A stretch of DNA of 64,000 nt from Ramazzottius varieornatus (lineage: Eukaryota; Animalia; Tardigrada): contig BDGG01000006.1 of NCBI GenBank assembly GCA_001949185.1, forward strand, positions 1,470,827 to 1,534,826, given 5' to 3'. Below the pieces are notes generated by a model. It was given only the letters and a program-made list of their open reading frames with translations, did no database searches and had not been told where the DNA came from. The translations under genes were made by a program, and so were the position numbers. Positions 23,701 to 37,000 of the stretch are shown here, in pieces; positions within the stretch are counted from its first letter, which is position 1; every line of letters starts with the position of its first letter.

Positions 23701-25018
23701 CATTCTTCGTAAGACCGAAGAACTGCAAACCGTACTGTGTATCGGAGTTCGTTTAGCTCTTCGACAGTATTGCTGATGCAAAGTACGTAATGCGGTGAAA
23801 TCTTGAGCGAGTGTGTTGATAGCCTCGACGGCTCTTCATTTAGGCGGTCGATAACTGCGAAAGGCCAAGAGTGTACACTACTGTCAGCGGAGAGAAATCT
23901 CATCTGGCGAATGTATGCAAAGTTGCTGCTTGCGCTTTAGACTGATTGTCAATGTTTGAAGAAAAATTGTTTCTAATAATAATCCCCAAGGAGTGCCAGC
24001 CTGTCTCTGCAGTCTGATTGTAATTGTCGTTTAAGCAGACATGCTCCATCGACACTGCGCAATCTTCACTTTGATGTCTGTCACATATCTTTACGGGCAA
24101 ATCATGCAGAACTGCGCCGCTTCCAAAACATTCCGTCGACCGAAAATGAGCCAATGAAGTAGGCCAAAAACCCCAACGCATTCCCGGCTTATTCGCGCAT
24201 TCCCGGCTCATTCGCGTTCTCGCCATCCTGAAAAGTCACTCCAAATATTTGCAGAATCTTAGCCCCGCTGTTGTTTTCCAAGAAAAAACAGCTCTGAAAA
24301 ATCGTAGAAAATTGCTACAGCAAAGTTTCTGCAACTTTCGCGTTGCTTTGTTCTCTAGTTAGTCCTGATAACAAAATGATGCAGCGGGCAAAAAGATGTT
24401 CGGGAACAGGAGTGATTTTGCTTCCGGGTTCTCTAATTCGCTTACTCATGTACGAGTACATGTGAATATGAATGTAACGGTTGCGATTTGTCCTGCCTGG
24501 TAGACTTGTCTGACAAACTCATCAGAACATAGACCATAGAATTTGCTTCTCGCCATCGAAAGAAAAGCACTATTCTTTGGTCGTTGCGGCGGCGTCGGCC
24601 CTAAGCCGCATCATTGGCGTTTAAACGCTTGTTTGCTTTAGCTCATCCATCTTCGGTGAAGCTCGTTCATGCACGAACTTCCTTATGAGCTTTCAGCGAG
24701 CTTATAAGACTCGCCAAGGAACCACCCAAGAAACAAGGTTCCTTCCCACTCGATTGGCGAACGACCCATAACGGCTCGTCACGCTGATGTACGCTACAGC
24801 TCGTATCGCATTTTGTTACGTGTGTTAACAGGGCCGAATTCTTGTAGAGGGAGGAACCCAAGTCGCAAGGATGAACTGATGTGAGCAACTTGTCAAAGGA
24901 TGAAAAGATCTTGCATCGCTTGAATTACCGTAACGTTGTCAGCTGATAGCCATCTCAAGTAACATCACGAATAGCCCTTTTCAAAGACAACATCAGAATT
25001 GGAAGAACCGAGATATGA

Positions 25019-25215
25019 GAGCTTGACACGCAAGGTCGAGCAGATCGTTCTCCCAAGTGGCGCACGTGTTCGTTATTGTCAGCTGACGGCGGGCGCCACT
25101 TGGAAAAATCAAGCACACTCGACAAGATAATTTTTTCAAGTGGCGCAATCTTCAGCCGATACTGCTGAGAGAGTGCGCCACTTGGAAGAACGATTTGGTC
25201 GAATTTGCCTGCAGA
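25019..25215. mobile_element. AAGTGGCGCA palindromic element, dimer, outside any mapped coding intron
   Basis: Cores at ~25058 (27 nt) and ~25141 (26 nt), spacers in opposite orientation. Confidence 0.85.
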
Positions 25216-27297
25216 ACACCTCTTGTATACAGTACGTCTTGTCCAGGTCAAAACAGAAAAAACCAGGATTTCACAAGTCTTCCAAACTGAAATCGATTTG
25301 GCGAATTTTCTGCGTAGAACCAATTTACTTCAGGGGTTCGAAGTATACTTTGTTTCACTGATAGCCGATGAGGGCTCTTTGTATACTTCCTGGTTGGTTT
25401 GAAAGTTTTTACTTCACGATTTCCGTAAATTTTCGAATCGCCTCTTAGCTAAATTTTGAAGGAACACGAGAAAGTCCGCCGGTATTTTACTAGACAGTGA
25501 CGAGGAGGCGCAAATCAGCTGGGGATTGAGCATGGCTTTATGAGTGCGTCGGCGGTGGCGAGTGGCAGTCGAGAAGTACTCTGCGCCGCTCAGCACAACA
25601 AGCTAAGACTGATGGATGTACATTAGAGTGTTCCCGCGTGGGTCTGTCGGTGGGAGTATGTGATCGTGTCTTGGCTTCTGTTGATGTTGCGCTAAAGTTT
25701 CTCTACCGAGATCTCTGTTTAGACTTCGATCCTGTGGACTGTACTGCACGGGACCAACTTGACTTGGGCGTACGGTGAGCGATACAATTCTCTCTGGCTC
25801 ATCATGTCAAGACGCCTCCTCACTGCCTAAATACTTCCTGGATGGATAGATGAATATAGCCTAGTCGATAAGTACACTCTCCGTGGCATGGCATGATTCA
25901 AGAAAAAACATCCTAAGCGAGCCTGATTTTTACCGTGTTGTTCCACGACGATCTCGACGATTTCAACGATCACCACGTCAGCAAAATTCAACTGTTTTTT
26001 TTGATGTAATTACTTTCAATGTAATTTTCGAGAAGGGTCTTCGTTTGTGAAACGTATTCTAAACCTGCTTGGCTTATCTACAAGGCGGCATTTTGTGTTC
26101 CATTGTGTCCAGGTATAATGATGTTCGGGGACTGTGATCTGTGCCGTGATGATTTTCAAAGTCTTGGAATAACCTACGGCAGAGGATGATGGTAGGGGAA
26201 AATTCTGCGTCAAATCCATAATCAGCAGACTAATCGATCCTTGAGTGCTCCTCAGCTTTCTTCTTGCTATTGTATTGCGTTGTTCCCTTTTTGTCAAGCG
26301 CCACAAACGCTCAGGTAAGCTGATACCTAAATACAAACTATATTACGCTCCACAAGACAGCGCTTCTGCGAAGCTTGGTACTGCAAAATCTGTCCAAAAA
26401 CGGTCTAATCGTTTCGGGGGTGAAGTGAGATAATATTATCAGTGATGGCAGATTGTAAGAGCAACTCTGGACAATTTACGTCGAATCAATACCATAACTG
26501 AACAACACTTTTTGGTTTTGGCAGGAGGTGGAAAGGATGGAGAGAGGGATTCCTTGATTATGCAATGGCGTGCGGGAAATGTGGGGAGCTGATGTGTCGG
26601 GAGGAGTGGTAGCGTACGGTGACGTACCGTCACCCTTCTCCTCTGCTGCGTGCCTTTCGAGGCCTTCGGGACAAAGATTATCATGCATAGGCCGCTGCTG
26701 ACAAGGTCGCAAAGCGGTCATGATCGCCGTTGTACCTTACTCCACCAATTACGGCCCACTTTCTCAAATTCCTGTGATAACGACCAGATGCCTCTGCTGC
26801 CACAACGATGGCTCGATTACTCTTCCTGTCACCGCTATAAACCGGATTTAGCCTTATTAGCACGATATCGACACCCGAAGCGGAGGAGGAAGACACGGAT
26901 AAAACAGGTAGAAAAGCCAGGGTCCGGCAAAGTTCGAACCGAGCTTTCTGTTAGACCAAATCACCTTAAGAAAACGCTAGACTTAGACCTGCAGACAAAC
27001 ATATAAAATTGGAGATTGTATCTTAGTTGTCGAACGTCTGAGCAAATATACGAAACGCTGATAAATTCGGTATTAACCCAAACAATAAAAGTACTCAGCC
27101 CACATCTTCTTCTTGCCAAATATTTTCCACTGGCGGCACCTTATACTGGTGAAATAGCCACGTCGAAAAACAGCACAAAAGAGTGATTTCCTGGTGGAGT
27201 ATTTTGTATGCATAAGACGCGCTTTGCTTCTGGAGTTTAAAGGCATTGACGTCCCCTTGTAAATACCATTTATTCACAAATGTGTTTTTTGATACAG

Positions 27298-30200
27298 CGC
27301 TGCAGTAGCCCGCAGCTGTTCCCCGATGCCACACACCAAGACAGCAGCAGCAGCAGCAGCTGCAGCAGTAGTAGTACCGTTTTCGCTGAGAAGGAGGAAG
27401 TTCGGGAGCAACGACCACAACATGGGCGCAGCAGGCCTCCCCACGCTCATACACACAAATCTTCCTTATTGATTTTGGCCAGCTTGGCCTGTCTATTGTG
27501 CTTCTCCCCCGACGGACTGCCTGCACGTGGAGCCGGCGTTATGGCCTTCGATTGTGATTTTATGCGTGTCAGTAATGTAGTCAACGCCAAGAATGGCACC
27601 TTTGCCGCACCCAATATTCCTCCAAATATCATCCTCCCTGCTCAAGGTAACACTGCCCTTTCTAACCGCATCTTCGATGGTCAGTCCGAAGATCTGGCTA
27701 AATCATTCAATCGGTATTAATAGCAGCGACGGATGGTGTGCACGAAAGGCCAAGGACGTAATCAACATTTCGGGTTTGCAGGTCTTCAGTGCATTTACAC
27801 CTTCATAGCGATGCCCAACGAGAGGGTCAAAGTTACCTTTCGGGATTTCGAAATGAGCGGCAGACCGCCCGAATGCCTGCGGGAATATATCGATCTGTAC
27901 ACGGAGCTGCGAAACTCGTCGGAGGACTTGGTCCAGACGGACAAGTTTGGCGGACGGTTTTGTGGGAGGATAGCTCCGAGAGCCCGGGTATCATTGTACA
28001 ACACCATTGTCCTGGTCTTCTCGACGGACCGCGAGCAGGTTGGACCAAATATCTTCTCGGGGAATTATGAGTTCCTGAATGCTTCCATGTATGATATGGG
28101 CACGCCGGCGCCGCCCAGTCAATGTGCCTTCGTGGTAAGTGTCAAGTCATAACGTGGAACTGAATAAGTCTTCTAGACAAGCTCCATAATTGAGATTTTC
28201 TCAAAGTCAAAAAAGATTTTCCAACGGAGCGCGTACAATTTCAATTGCGTATAAAGTCATTTTGCTATGCACGGGCAGTGAAGATCGTGTACAAAGAGGT
28301 TGTAAAAAGAGCTTAAGCGACGGTTCACTACACGTGCACCGTTGAACAGGAAAATTCATGTACTATCCAATACCATAACTTTTGTTGGGTGCTCGACATT
28401 GCTCACTTACTGAAAGCCTACGATTATTTTTTTGCAGGTAAAAAGTTGGGTGAAACGCTTAGGCAATTTCGTTTCGCCGACCTATCCTGGCGTATATCCA
28501 CAGCGGATCATATGCTCGTACCAACTCCTCGGCCAGAAAGGCCAGCGCGTCCGTGTTGAGTTCATGGACTTTGATCTGTTCTACGGAGGACTACACTGTC
28601 CCTACGATCGGCTCGTTGTCCACGACGGCGCATCGGAACAAGACCCCGTCATCAACACGTACTGCGGCGCCCAGCGCAACCTGGTCGTCTTCTCTTCCCA
28701 AGAAAACCTTTTCATCTCTTTCATCACCAACCGATCCGGTGGGGAGAACCGCGGGTTCCACGCCATCTTTGAGTTCTCGGAGCTCTTTGTCAGTCTGGAG
28801 TTTATTACCGGCGAACATTTGCGCGGAACGGAATGTGATCAGTTGATACTGAGTTCGGGTCGGAATTCCGGAGAAATCAGGTCACCGAATTCACCGTTCC
28901 CGTATCTGCCCAACGTGGAGTGCCGATATTTGATCGAGGGACTAAATACCGCAGATGAGCTGGAAAGAGTAAAGTTGAGGATCAAGATGTTCCATATGCC
29001 GCAGATGGTAGGAGCAGCCAAGGATGATTGCTCGGCAGGTGGACTGGCCATCTGGATGTCGGGAAGGGAGGAACGGGGAAGACCGGCGCAAAAGACGCTG
29101 TGCGGAACACAGCCTCAGGAAGAAGTGATACGCTCCGAGGACCATAAAATATTGCTCAAATTTTATTCCGGAACTACGCAGGTACGTACTATGGATTTTC
29201 GGTGTGCTCTTTTCCCACAAACTTCTGTGTGCGAGCAAATTGGAAATTTCGGAAATATTAAATACTGGCGAAAACATGGAAAAAACTTTTCTTCGAGCAT
29301 TTGTACTTGGGTCAGTTGGGTGGGACAAGTGTTACGTTTACGGTGCCAGAAGTTAAACAGTACACAGAAGCCTTTTCTTCGGGAGTGTCTATTTTAATTT
29401 AGAGTCGCACATGGGAAATATTGGTTTAGCCCAGTCGGTTTATTTTCTTTGGGTTTCTCACGGTTTTTATTTCACCCTCTTGAGATCTGCCATCGAAATG
29501 TCAACGATCGTCTGTACTATATTTTCGGGTTGTGAAAAGTGAAGACAAACATGCAATTGTACGAGAACAGATCTCTTGCCGTTACAAATTTTGATAGGCC
29601 ATATCGATGACTGAAACTGTTGCTGTTGCAGGGTTTAGGTTTTGTGATAGAGTACGAGTTCGAGATGTTTTTCGACGTGCCTGGGACGGCTCATCCGCTA
29701 AGCACGGTATGTGAATTCAGTTACCGTAGTGGGGCAACGCCGGCCAGCAAAGCCGGTGAATTCCATTCACCACGCCATCCTTCCAATTATCCCTCCAATA
29801 TCAACTGCACCTACATTTTTGAAGGTAATCCATACCCACGGAAAGGCCTCCTTCATCCACTCACGTTCTGGCCCAAGCTCCACTCATCGTCCACCCGTGG
29901 TGAAATGATGTTTGTCTTGTTTAATGCAGGCGCCGACAATGAGCAAGCTCATCTGGAATTTGATCTCTTTACACTAAGCGGCAACGGGACCTACGCTAAC
30001 ACGTGTACACAGCAAGATTATGTGGACTTTTACGAACTGGTCGAGACGGGACGTGTCAGGAGACTGGAGCGGCCCATTGGACGCTACTGCGGCATCGCCG
30101 TACCGGGACCCATCAAAACACGCCACGGGGTTCACGCCTTGAAGATGCACTTTGTCACCGACGGACACGAAGTGACCAACGGGTTCCGAGGACGATACTG

Positions 30201-30987
30201 GTTCCAGAATGAAATACCGACCTTCAGCCCCGTAAGAGGCTGCGGAGAAGACATCAGCAATTCCTCGCATGGGAGCATTGCCTCACCCACCGTTAACGAC
30301 AAATACCCGGTACGATCCTCAATGTTTTTCACGAGTGTTTTTCCAAGGTTTTCCCCTTTGCAGGCAAATGCCGATTGTGAGTGGCAGATTACCGTCCGAC
30401 GCGGCCACAGTATTTCCCTCAATCTGACTTCCCTAGCCTTCGAAGGTGACCCGGCGCGGTTCGCTGGTTGTGGCGGCGCCGCACTGCGCATCTACACCGA
30501 CCCCGACAGACATCCGCTGGAAGTCTGTGGAGCTATGATGACCAAGAAAGGCGACTTTCGTTCTCTAAGTAACGTCATGCGGCTAGCCTTCACATCGGCC
30601 TCCAAGTCGACAGGTGGCGCGGGCTTCGTAGCGTCCTGGGCCGAGTTCCACTATCCCGTGGGAGAAGTGTGCGAACAAGACGAGTTCCTATGTGATAACA
30701 GTTCGTACTGCATCAGTCAAGACCTTGTCTGTGACGGTGTGTACCATTGTGGAGAGGGCGACCCGTCGGACGAGACGCAGGAAGGCTGCGAAGGTGTAAC
30801 GGAGGAAAGTGCCTTCGACTTTCTGAGCAACACTTATGCCATGGCCGGTGTGGCCGCCGCGGCTGGCTTTGTCTTGCTGGGGGTACTGGTGGTCCTCATC
30901 GTGGTGTGCCGAAGAAGATCGGCAGAAAAGAAGCGGAAACGCCAACAGCGCCAACATCAGGACAACCTTCAAGATCAGTGGAACTAA
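27298..30987 (+). CDS. Type I membrane protein with 5 CUB domains, 1 LDLa and a TM helix (LEV-10/SOL-1/Neto-like)
   Basis: Hydrophobic leader SSLLILASLACLLCF. CUB motifs (CIYTF..ERVKVTF..GRFCG, SPTYPGVYP..CSY, SPNSPFPY, SPRHPSNYP..C, CEWQI), LDLa CEQDEFLCDNSSYCISQDLVCDGVYHC..SDE, then TM and basic stop-transfer. 5' end uncertain. Confidence 0.82.
27342..27376 (+). repeat. (CAG)n/(TAG)n microsatellite, poly-Ser in frame
   Basis: cagcagcagcagcagcagctgcagcagtagtagta. Confidence 0.8.
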
Positions 30988-33900
30988 ATTCTAAAGACTC
31001 GCGAGCAGATTTGGGCTCCACAGCATGGAACGAAGCAGACGTCTTTACAATGACAGCGCTGGTGTTATCATTCCCTCTCTAATCTTTTGTCGCCTTGAAT
31101 AATTTTGTAAGCGCTAACCCTGATTATGAGTTTTGAAGGATAGATGTTTAAACTTCGGAATTTATAGAAACTCGAACGATATATTTACAAGAGGGAAGGA
31201 CCAAGCAAAGTATACCAGATTATAATTCTTTCGCGAAAACCATCCCTTACTCTGAACCTCGACGCATAGTTGCAAACCGAAAACAAGGTAGTCTCCACAT
31301 TGACATTGTTTCTTCGATGCTAAATAGTGATCTCACTGCCTTGCAATTCGAGGAAAAATAGCTTCAAAACTTGGAATCATCTCGGCATGTTTTGATACAC
31401 ACTGCGAGAGCTCGGAAAAAGTTACGGGAAAAGGCTTCAGGGCTTCGGAAATGAGCAGCACTTTTCACACCATAAGGGAGCACAGCAGAAATATGTCTGC
31501 TCTTTACATGGACATCTCAAAAAATCCTTCAGCTTTGAACTCATTCAGAAGATTAAAAGGCCTTAAACAAAAAGAAGTTGAAAACTACGATAAACCGAGT
31601 TCCGCTCTTTGGATTATTGTATTGGCGTCTACAACTTACCATAGTTCTGTCCATAACAAACTCGATATCGTATTTAAGTTAAGATAGAATTTTGTCTTTC
31701 CCACGTTCTTTAAGGTACAAACTTGAATTCAAATCCGATTTTAGTCCACGTATTTTAGGTTTACTCTCGTGAAATTCTGTTTTACTCCTAACCCTCACAT
31801 TTAACTCTCTAGATTTCGGATTCTACTTCTACAATTTAGTTTTACTCTCAAGCGTTTCAGTGACACTCCCAGCTTTCCTTTTTCACTCCACAAAGCCACA
31901 GTTTCGATGTCTGCTTTATTTTGAGTTTACTCTCAGCTTTACTCCCGGGAGTAGAACTATAACTGAAAAACAGAGCAAATCAAATTTTCTCTAGCGTAAC
32001 TACAGTATAAACAACCCTGATCTGCGACACCCGGAGAATGATGCCCCAAGAACAAAAGAGTACCTAAAGTAATGACCGAAGTGTATTATGTACTTCCGTT
32101 TGGGCCGGACGGGTACCCAGACCCAGAGTACACTTTTCTCAACCGGCACATACGTGGTCAAGCGCATGCTGTGCGCCTGTATGCAGGTGGCTGATGCATG
32201 CAAAAAAAATTTGGACTTATAGATTTTCAGAAGACAAAATTTTTGTCGCTGTGGACTGCTCCCGTTAGTTTCACCAATCGATCGCTTTCCTCCACCTTTC
32301 TTCAATCCCCCTGATCTTAATTCCAGCTCTCCTTCATCCTGTTATCTTACAAATATTGTGAGGCTTGAAAGGAGCAACTGGGACAGTCGATCGACTGAGA
32401 GACACGCGGATTTTACTGGGTCTGAAACTGCATCCGTTTGTCGCGGCATCTACGTTTCTGGGATGCTGCAGGTTGCCCTTGACGTTAAGGATAGCTCCGA
32501 TAACTTTTCGAAATTTCAGCTGAGTCCGAAAGTCAACAAGGAGTACCCAGCAAGCTGTTCTCGTCGATATTCGGCAAAGGTAATGCTCGATATTTGGTTG
32601 TTCTTCGAGTTTCCGAAATTTACGCATCTCTTTCATCTGATCAAAACTGGAAGAAGAGAACCAATATGGCCGTTTCTCCCAACCATTCCAGATTTCTGAC
32701 CGAACAACAGCCACAAGATTCTTCTTCAGCCGTAGAGATCTGTACCGCACACAGAATATCCATGTTTACAGGAAGGGCTCACGGCCCGTACTGTAGCGGA
32801 TTTGAAAGCCATATTCTTTCGCAACTGAATGCGTTTGTTTTCAGGTGGAGTGCTGACATCACGAAGAAGCCACCATCCAGAAGAACGAGAGGGGATCGGG
32901 AGAAGGCAGCGGAAAACGTTGCGGTTCCAGGGAAGGTAGCCGGAAGTCAGCCCTGATGGGGATGACTGAACAGCCGCGAGAGTGAGACATTTCGAAGTGT
33001 TTTTGAAGTGACGCGGCTGATTGTCAGACTGTCATTTGGCCAGCGATTCGGTCCGATCTTTCGTTCAATCGAGCCGTCCAGTGCGTCCGGGCAGGACTTC
33101 TGAACGACTCGACCCAAGGGAAGACCGAACCAAGTCGGCACTACCGATCATCAATCCGGTTGGACCGGATCATCAAAACTCAACGGAGGTCAATCAAGAA
33201 ATCAAGCGAACAAAAATCACCCGAATAATTATAAAATTCAACCAATCAATCGAAGAGTAAACAACACCGATTCCATCAATTAAGTAATGATAGCATTCTT
33301 GATCGATTGATTGGCTAAATCGAAATGCAGACGTGATGCGCACACATGTGCAATTTAGTAGACGCATAGTACATATTGCTACTAACACTTTGGCAAAGTC
33401 CAGTCCACAGTAGTACAGTGTGAGCGATATTGAATAGAATTTGCTGACTGTGTGTGGATTTTGCTAAAATTCATCATACCCCGATCATACTCCAGCAAAT
33501 GACTGATAATCAGATTGGTGCAGGTTCTTCAGCATCGCGGTGCTTAATTGTTCATCTAAGCGAGTCGATTCTGTGGTACTCGGGCGAATACTCATCCCGC
33601 GTCTAAATTGTTCAGTGTGCAGTTCATCTTGAACGCCTCACAAAAATTACTCGGAAAAATTTGTGCTCTACTCAGTAGCCTCAGTCCTTCTGCGCTCCAG
33701 ACCATCGCTCATTCGAATACTACATCATTTCCACTTTGGACATCGAATTTTATCCGCAGAAGATCATCGACATAAGGGCTAAAAGGTCCGACATTGCAGT
33801 AAGCGTGGACATTTTGATCAAAGAAGGCACTACAGTAAGGAAGATGAAAAACCCTCCTCGTCCATCAACAGAAGGAATGACACATAAGGCAAAGCCCGGA

Positions 33901-34079
33901 GAGCTGCATTCGGAATATTTATCCGCCATTTCTCAGTCTCATCTTTCAGGAACTAAAAAGAGAAGCAGTGCTAAAGTATAAAAGGACATAAATACAGTGT
34001 AGCAGATAGAAAAGTCCGAAACATCTCTTTGGTCACAACAGGACAGGAAACGCGAAAAATACTTTTAGCTTTCTCTAAC

Positions 34080-37000
34080 TCACTTTTTGCCCTTGCCGGC
34101 CTTGATAGTCCCTGACTGGTTCACTAGCTCACTTCGCACCCGATGGAAGATTTCCATCTCCCGCTGTAAGGCGTTCGTCTGCGTTTGGATTTCTTGCATG
34201 TTGTCCGAGTAGTTGTTCTTCTTCTCCTCAAACTGACTGTGTAACTGCAAGAGAGAAAGCAAGCTGGTATGAGCCTGCGAAGAACTTCTCACGGGGTGGA
34301 AAACAAAGACTTACCTCTTGTTCTCTTTGCTTGAGCTCCGTTTCCTTCTCGCGGACCTTGTTGACAAAGTCAGCGCGCGTTTCCTCTTCCTTCTTGCGGA
34401 ACTTGGCTTCGTTCATCTGTCGCAGGCGATTGATGGTTTCCATGAAGTTCTGCGGTTCGTCTTCGGCGTAGCCCAACTCGGCCATCCGTCGATCACGGTA
34501 CGTTTCGTAATGCCTCAAATTCGTCGTCTGCATCAGGTGATCCATGTTCACACGCAGAAGGGCCTCTCGGAATCTTGTGAAATCACAGTGGGCTTCATTT
34601 TCAACTGCAGATAGAAACCACCAATGTACGAAAAAGAGCGGCAAATCAAGCACAACGACTTCATGCACCAGCATACAGCCACCCGTCCAAGAGATGCACC
34701 ATAAAAGTTCCCAGGTGCACGTCGTGAACAGAATGAAACCGAGTGCGCTTACTCATCGTGCACCTACGTGCAGCAACCCAGACCATCCCACCAGATCGTA
34801 AGTATGCAGGTGCATGCACGCAGCAGGCAGAATAAAACGCACCAGTCCTGCATGCACCCGCACCCGCACCCGAAACCCTGGGCACCTTGCGACTTAACGG
34901 TATGCAGGTGCATGCAGTGTGACGCAACCCACACAACAATCATCCGTTACGCATCTGCATGCAGAAAACTGCGTGTCTGTCATCGTGAAATTGTATGCAG
35001 ATACAAGAAACACCAAACAACTTACTACTTTAACTTGATCAGTAGAACCGGCAATCAGTTTCCGAAAAATCAGGTATCATCTTCCAGTTATTATTTTTTT
35101 GCCAAAATGTATCGATCGAGAAGTTAGCTCTTCCGTAATAGTTTTACGTACTGTCGACTATGCCCCACGGGTACATGCGAGCTCGGGCTTTGTGGCCGGC
35201 CACGTCGTGCACTTCGGAGCTACCCACGACAGCGAAAGGCGCATCAGCCTACGATCATAAGAAATACCTTGAGTAAAAATATGTCATTATCTTTCAACGA
35301 CATTCGCTCCTCTACAATCTTTACAAGACAACAATGGCTAGACTCAGACCGAATCGCGCTTCATCTTCAACAGCAACCCCACTGCTGACAAGTAGTCATA
35401 AGGCACTACAGAACACTACCCAATCCGCTAACAAACGCATATGGGAGCTGCTTGACAAAAACCTCGACAAGATTATTTTCCAAGAGGCGCACGTTTCTGG
35501 TGTGAGTGGCTGTAAGCGTGCGCCACTTGGAAGAACGGTCTTTGTCCAGCTCCCATACCACGGTCAGAGCGGATAGAGACATTGTTTTCAAGATAGGGAG
35601 TTGAACAAATATAGTCAACGTACGTTCAGACGGCGATTGAGATCCGCCACTTGGGAATCGTCCTCGGGGAACTGGTAGATATTAATCTTATGCGATTGAA
35701 GTTCCTCCCTTATCTACAAAGCAATGAAAACACATCAATTAAATTCACTGTTACAAGTTCATCATGTCAAATTTTCATCGAGTTGAACATTTTTATTGTT
35801 TCGCTTGAAAAGAAACCCCAAAGAAATAGTATGAAAATTATTGTACGTACTAACCTTCTTTTTGTAAGTGTCCATTTCTTTCTTGGTCAGCGAGTCGCCG
35901 CGCGCAATAACCGGTATGATGTTGACTTTATTCGCCAGCAATTTCATGCATTCCAGATCCAGGGCGCGCACACTGCAAGGAAAAACATGCAGAAGAAAAA
36001 CAACCGAAGATGCGTCAAAAAGGCTCAAGTGTCAATTTCGTCGCCTTCAAATTACTGCAAAAACCTCTTCACAAAAAAGTTCCATCTTCATCGTCTTCGG
36101 TTAACCAGTTATATCCGCCAATCAAATTCCTTTGTTTACCACCATGCTATTCCACTTGCGTGACTTGCTTTTCAGTCAATTACACTATCAGAAATCAAAC
36201 CATAAAATCATTCATTCGTATCATTTGGGTCAAACCCGGTAAGATCACCTTTCTAACTGGCGCAAGTTTCCAACACATAACACTGCAAACCTGCGCCACT
36301 TGGAGAAACAAACTCAGCAAGATGGGTTTTCCAAGTGGTGCACGCTCACAACCAATAAGTCTAACGACGTGCGTCACTTGGGAAAATAATCTTGCCGAGT
36401 TTGTTTGTCGAGCTCTAAATTTCGTAAAAATTGTTTCAGCTAGAGTTCTATGTTATTTTTCTGTCGATCTGGTTTCTGGAGCTTTCTCCAATAGTACCTG
36501 GAGCCGGTGGGAGCGAGGAGGAAGATGCAGGCATGGACACGAGTGTCTTTGTACTCGGACAAGCGGCGAGCCACTTGACTCTCCTCTTGGAAGTAGGCTT
36601 CATATTGCTTATCGATGTACTCGACGATACCTTGACAGCTACAATCATACACAACCTAAGTACGAATCATTTGAACATCACTTGTTGCTCTACCGCACCG
36701 CGGCATAAATCAAGCCGAGCATATTCTATGCGATATGCAACACCACTCAACCGACGAGATAAGTCATACCTGTCAGCCATGTTCAACTGATCGCCATATC
36801 CCTTCGTCTCGATGATCGTCAGTTGCAACCTCACCGAACCTTCTTCCAACTCTGCAAAACCCAGGATTATTTTTTAAAATTTTCTGAAGCAAATATTCAT
36901 TTTCATAAATTCGGATTTTAAATCGTACGATTTTACTCGTACATATTTTTGGAAATAAATTCACATTTCTACGTTCTAAATTTTGCTGATTTTACCCCAA

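Noticed and set aside
24177-24214. 19-bp tandem duplication CGCATTCCCGGCT(T/C)ATTCG
   Set aside because: Only two units, consistent with ordinary slippage.
23416-25402. ORFs containing 'FPSGAR', 'KWRT' or 'CATWEN' peptides
   Set aside because: These are translations of the palindromic repeat, not proteins.
32334-33260. Overlapping 80-138 aa ORFs between the CUB gene and septin
   Set aside because: No domain recognised and no consistent splice model; possibly a decayed gene.
2511-36415. CRISPR-like reading of repeat / constant-length spacer / repeat
   Set aside because: Arms are inverted rather than direct, copies are dispersed, spacers share a common consensus, there are no cas genes, and the context is eukaryotic.
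36773-36849. Septin G3 'ETKG' as a novel GTPase-dead variant
   Set aside because: SEPT6-group septins are already known to vary here and to lack efficient hydrolysis.
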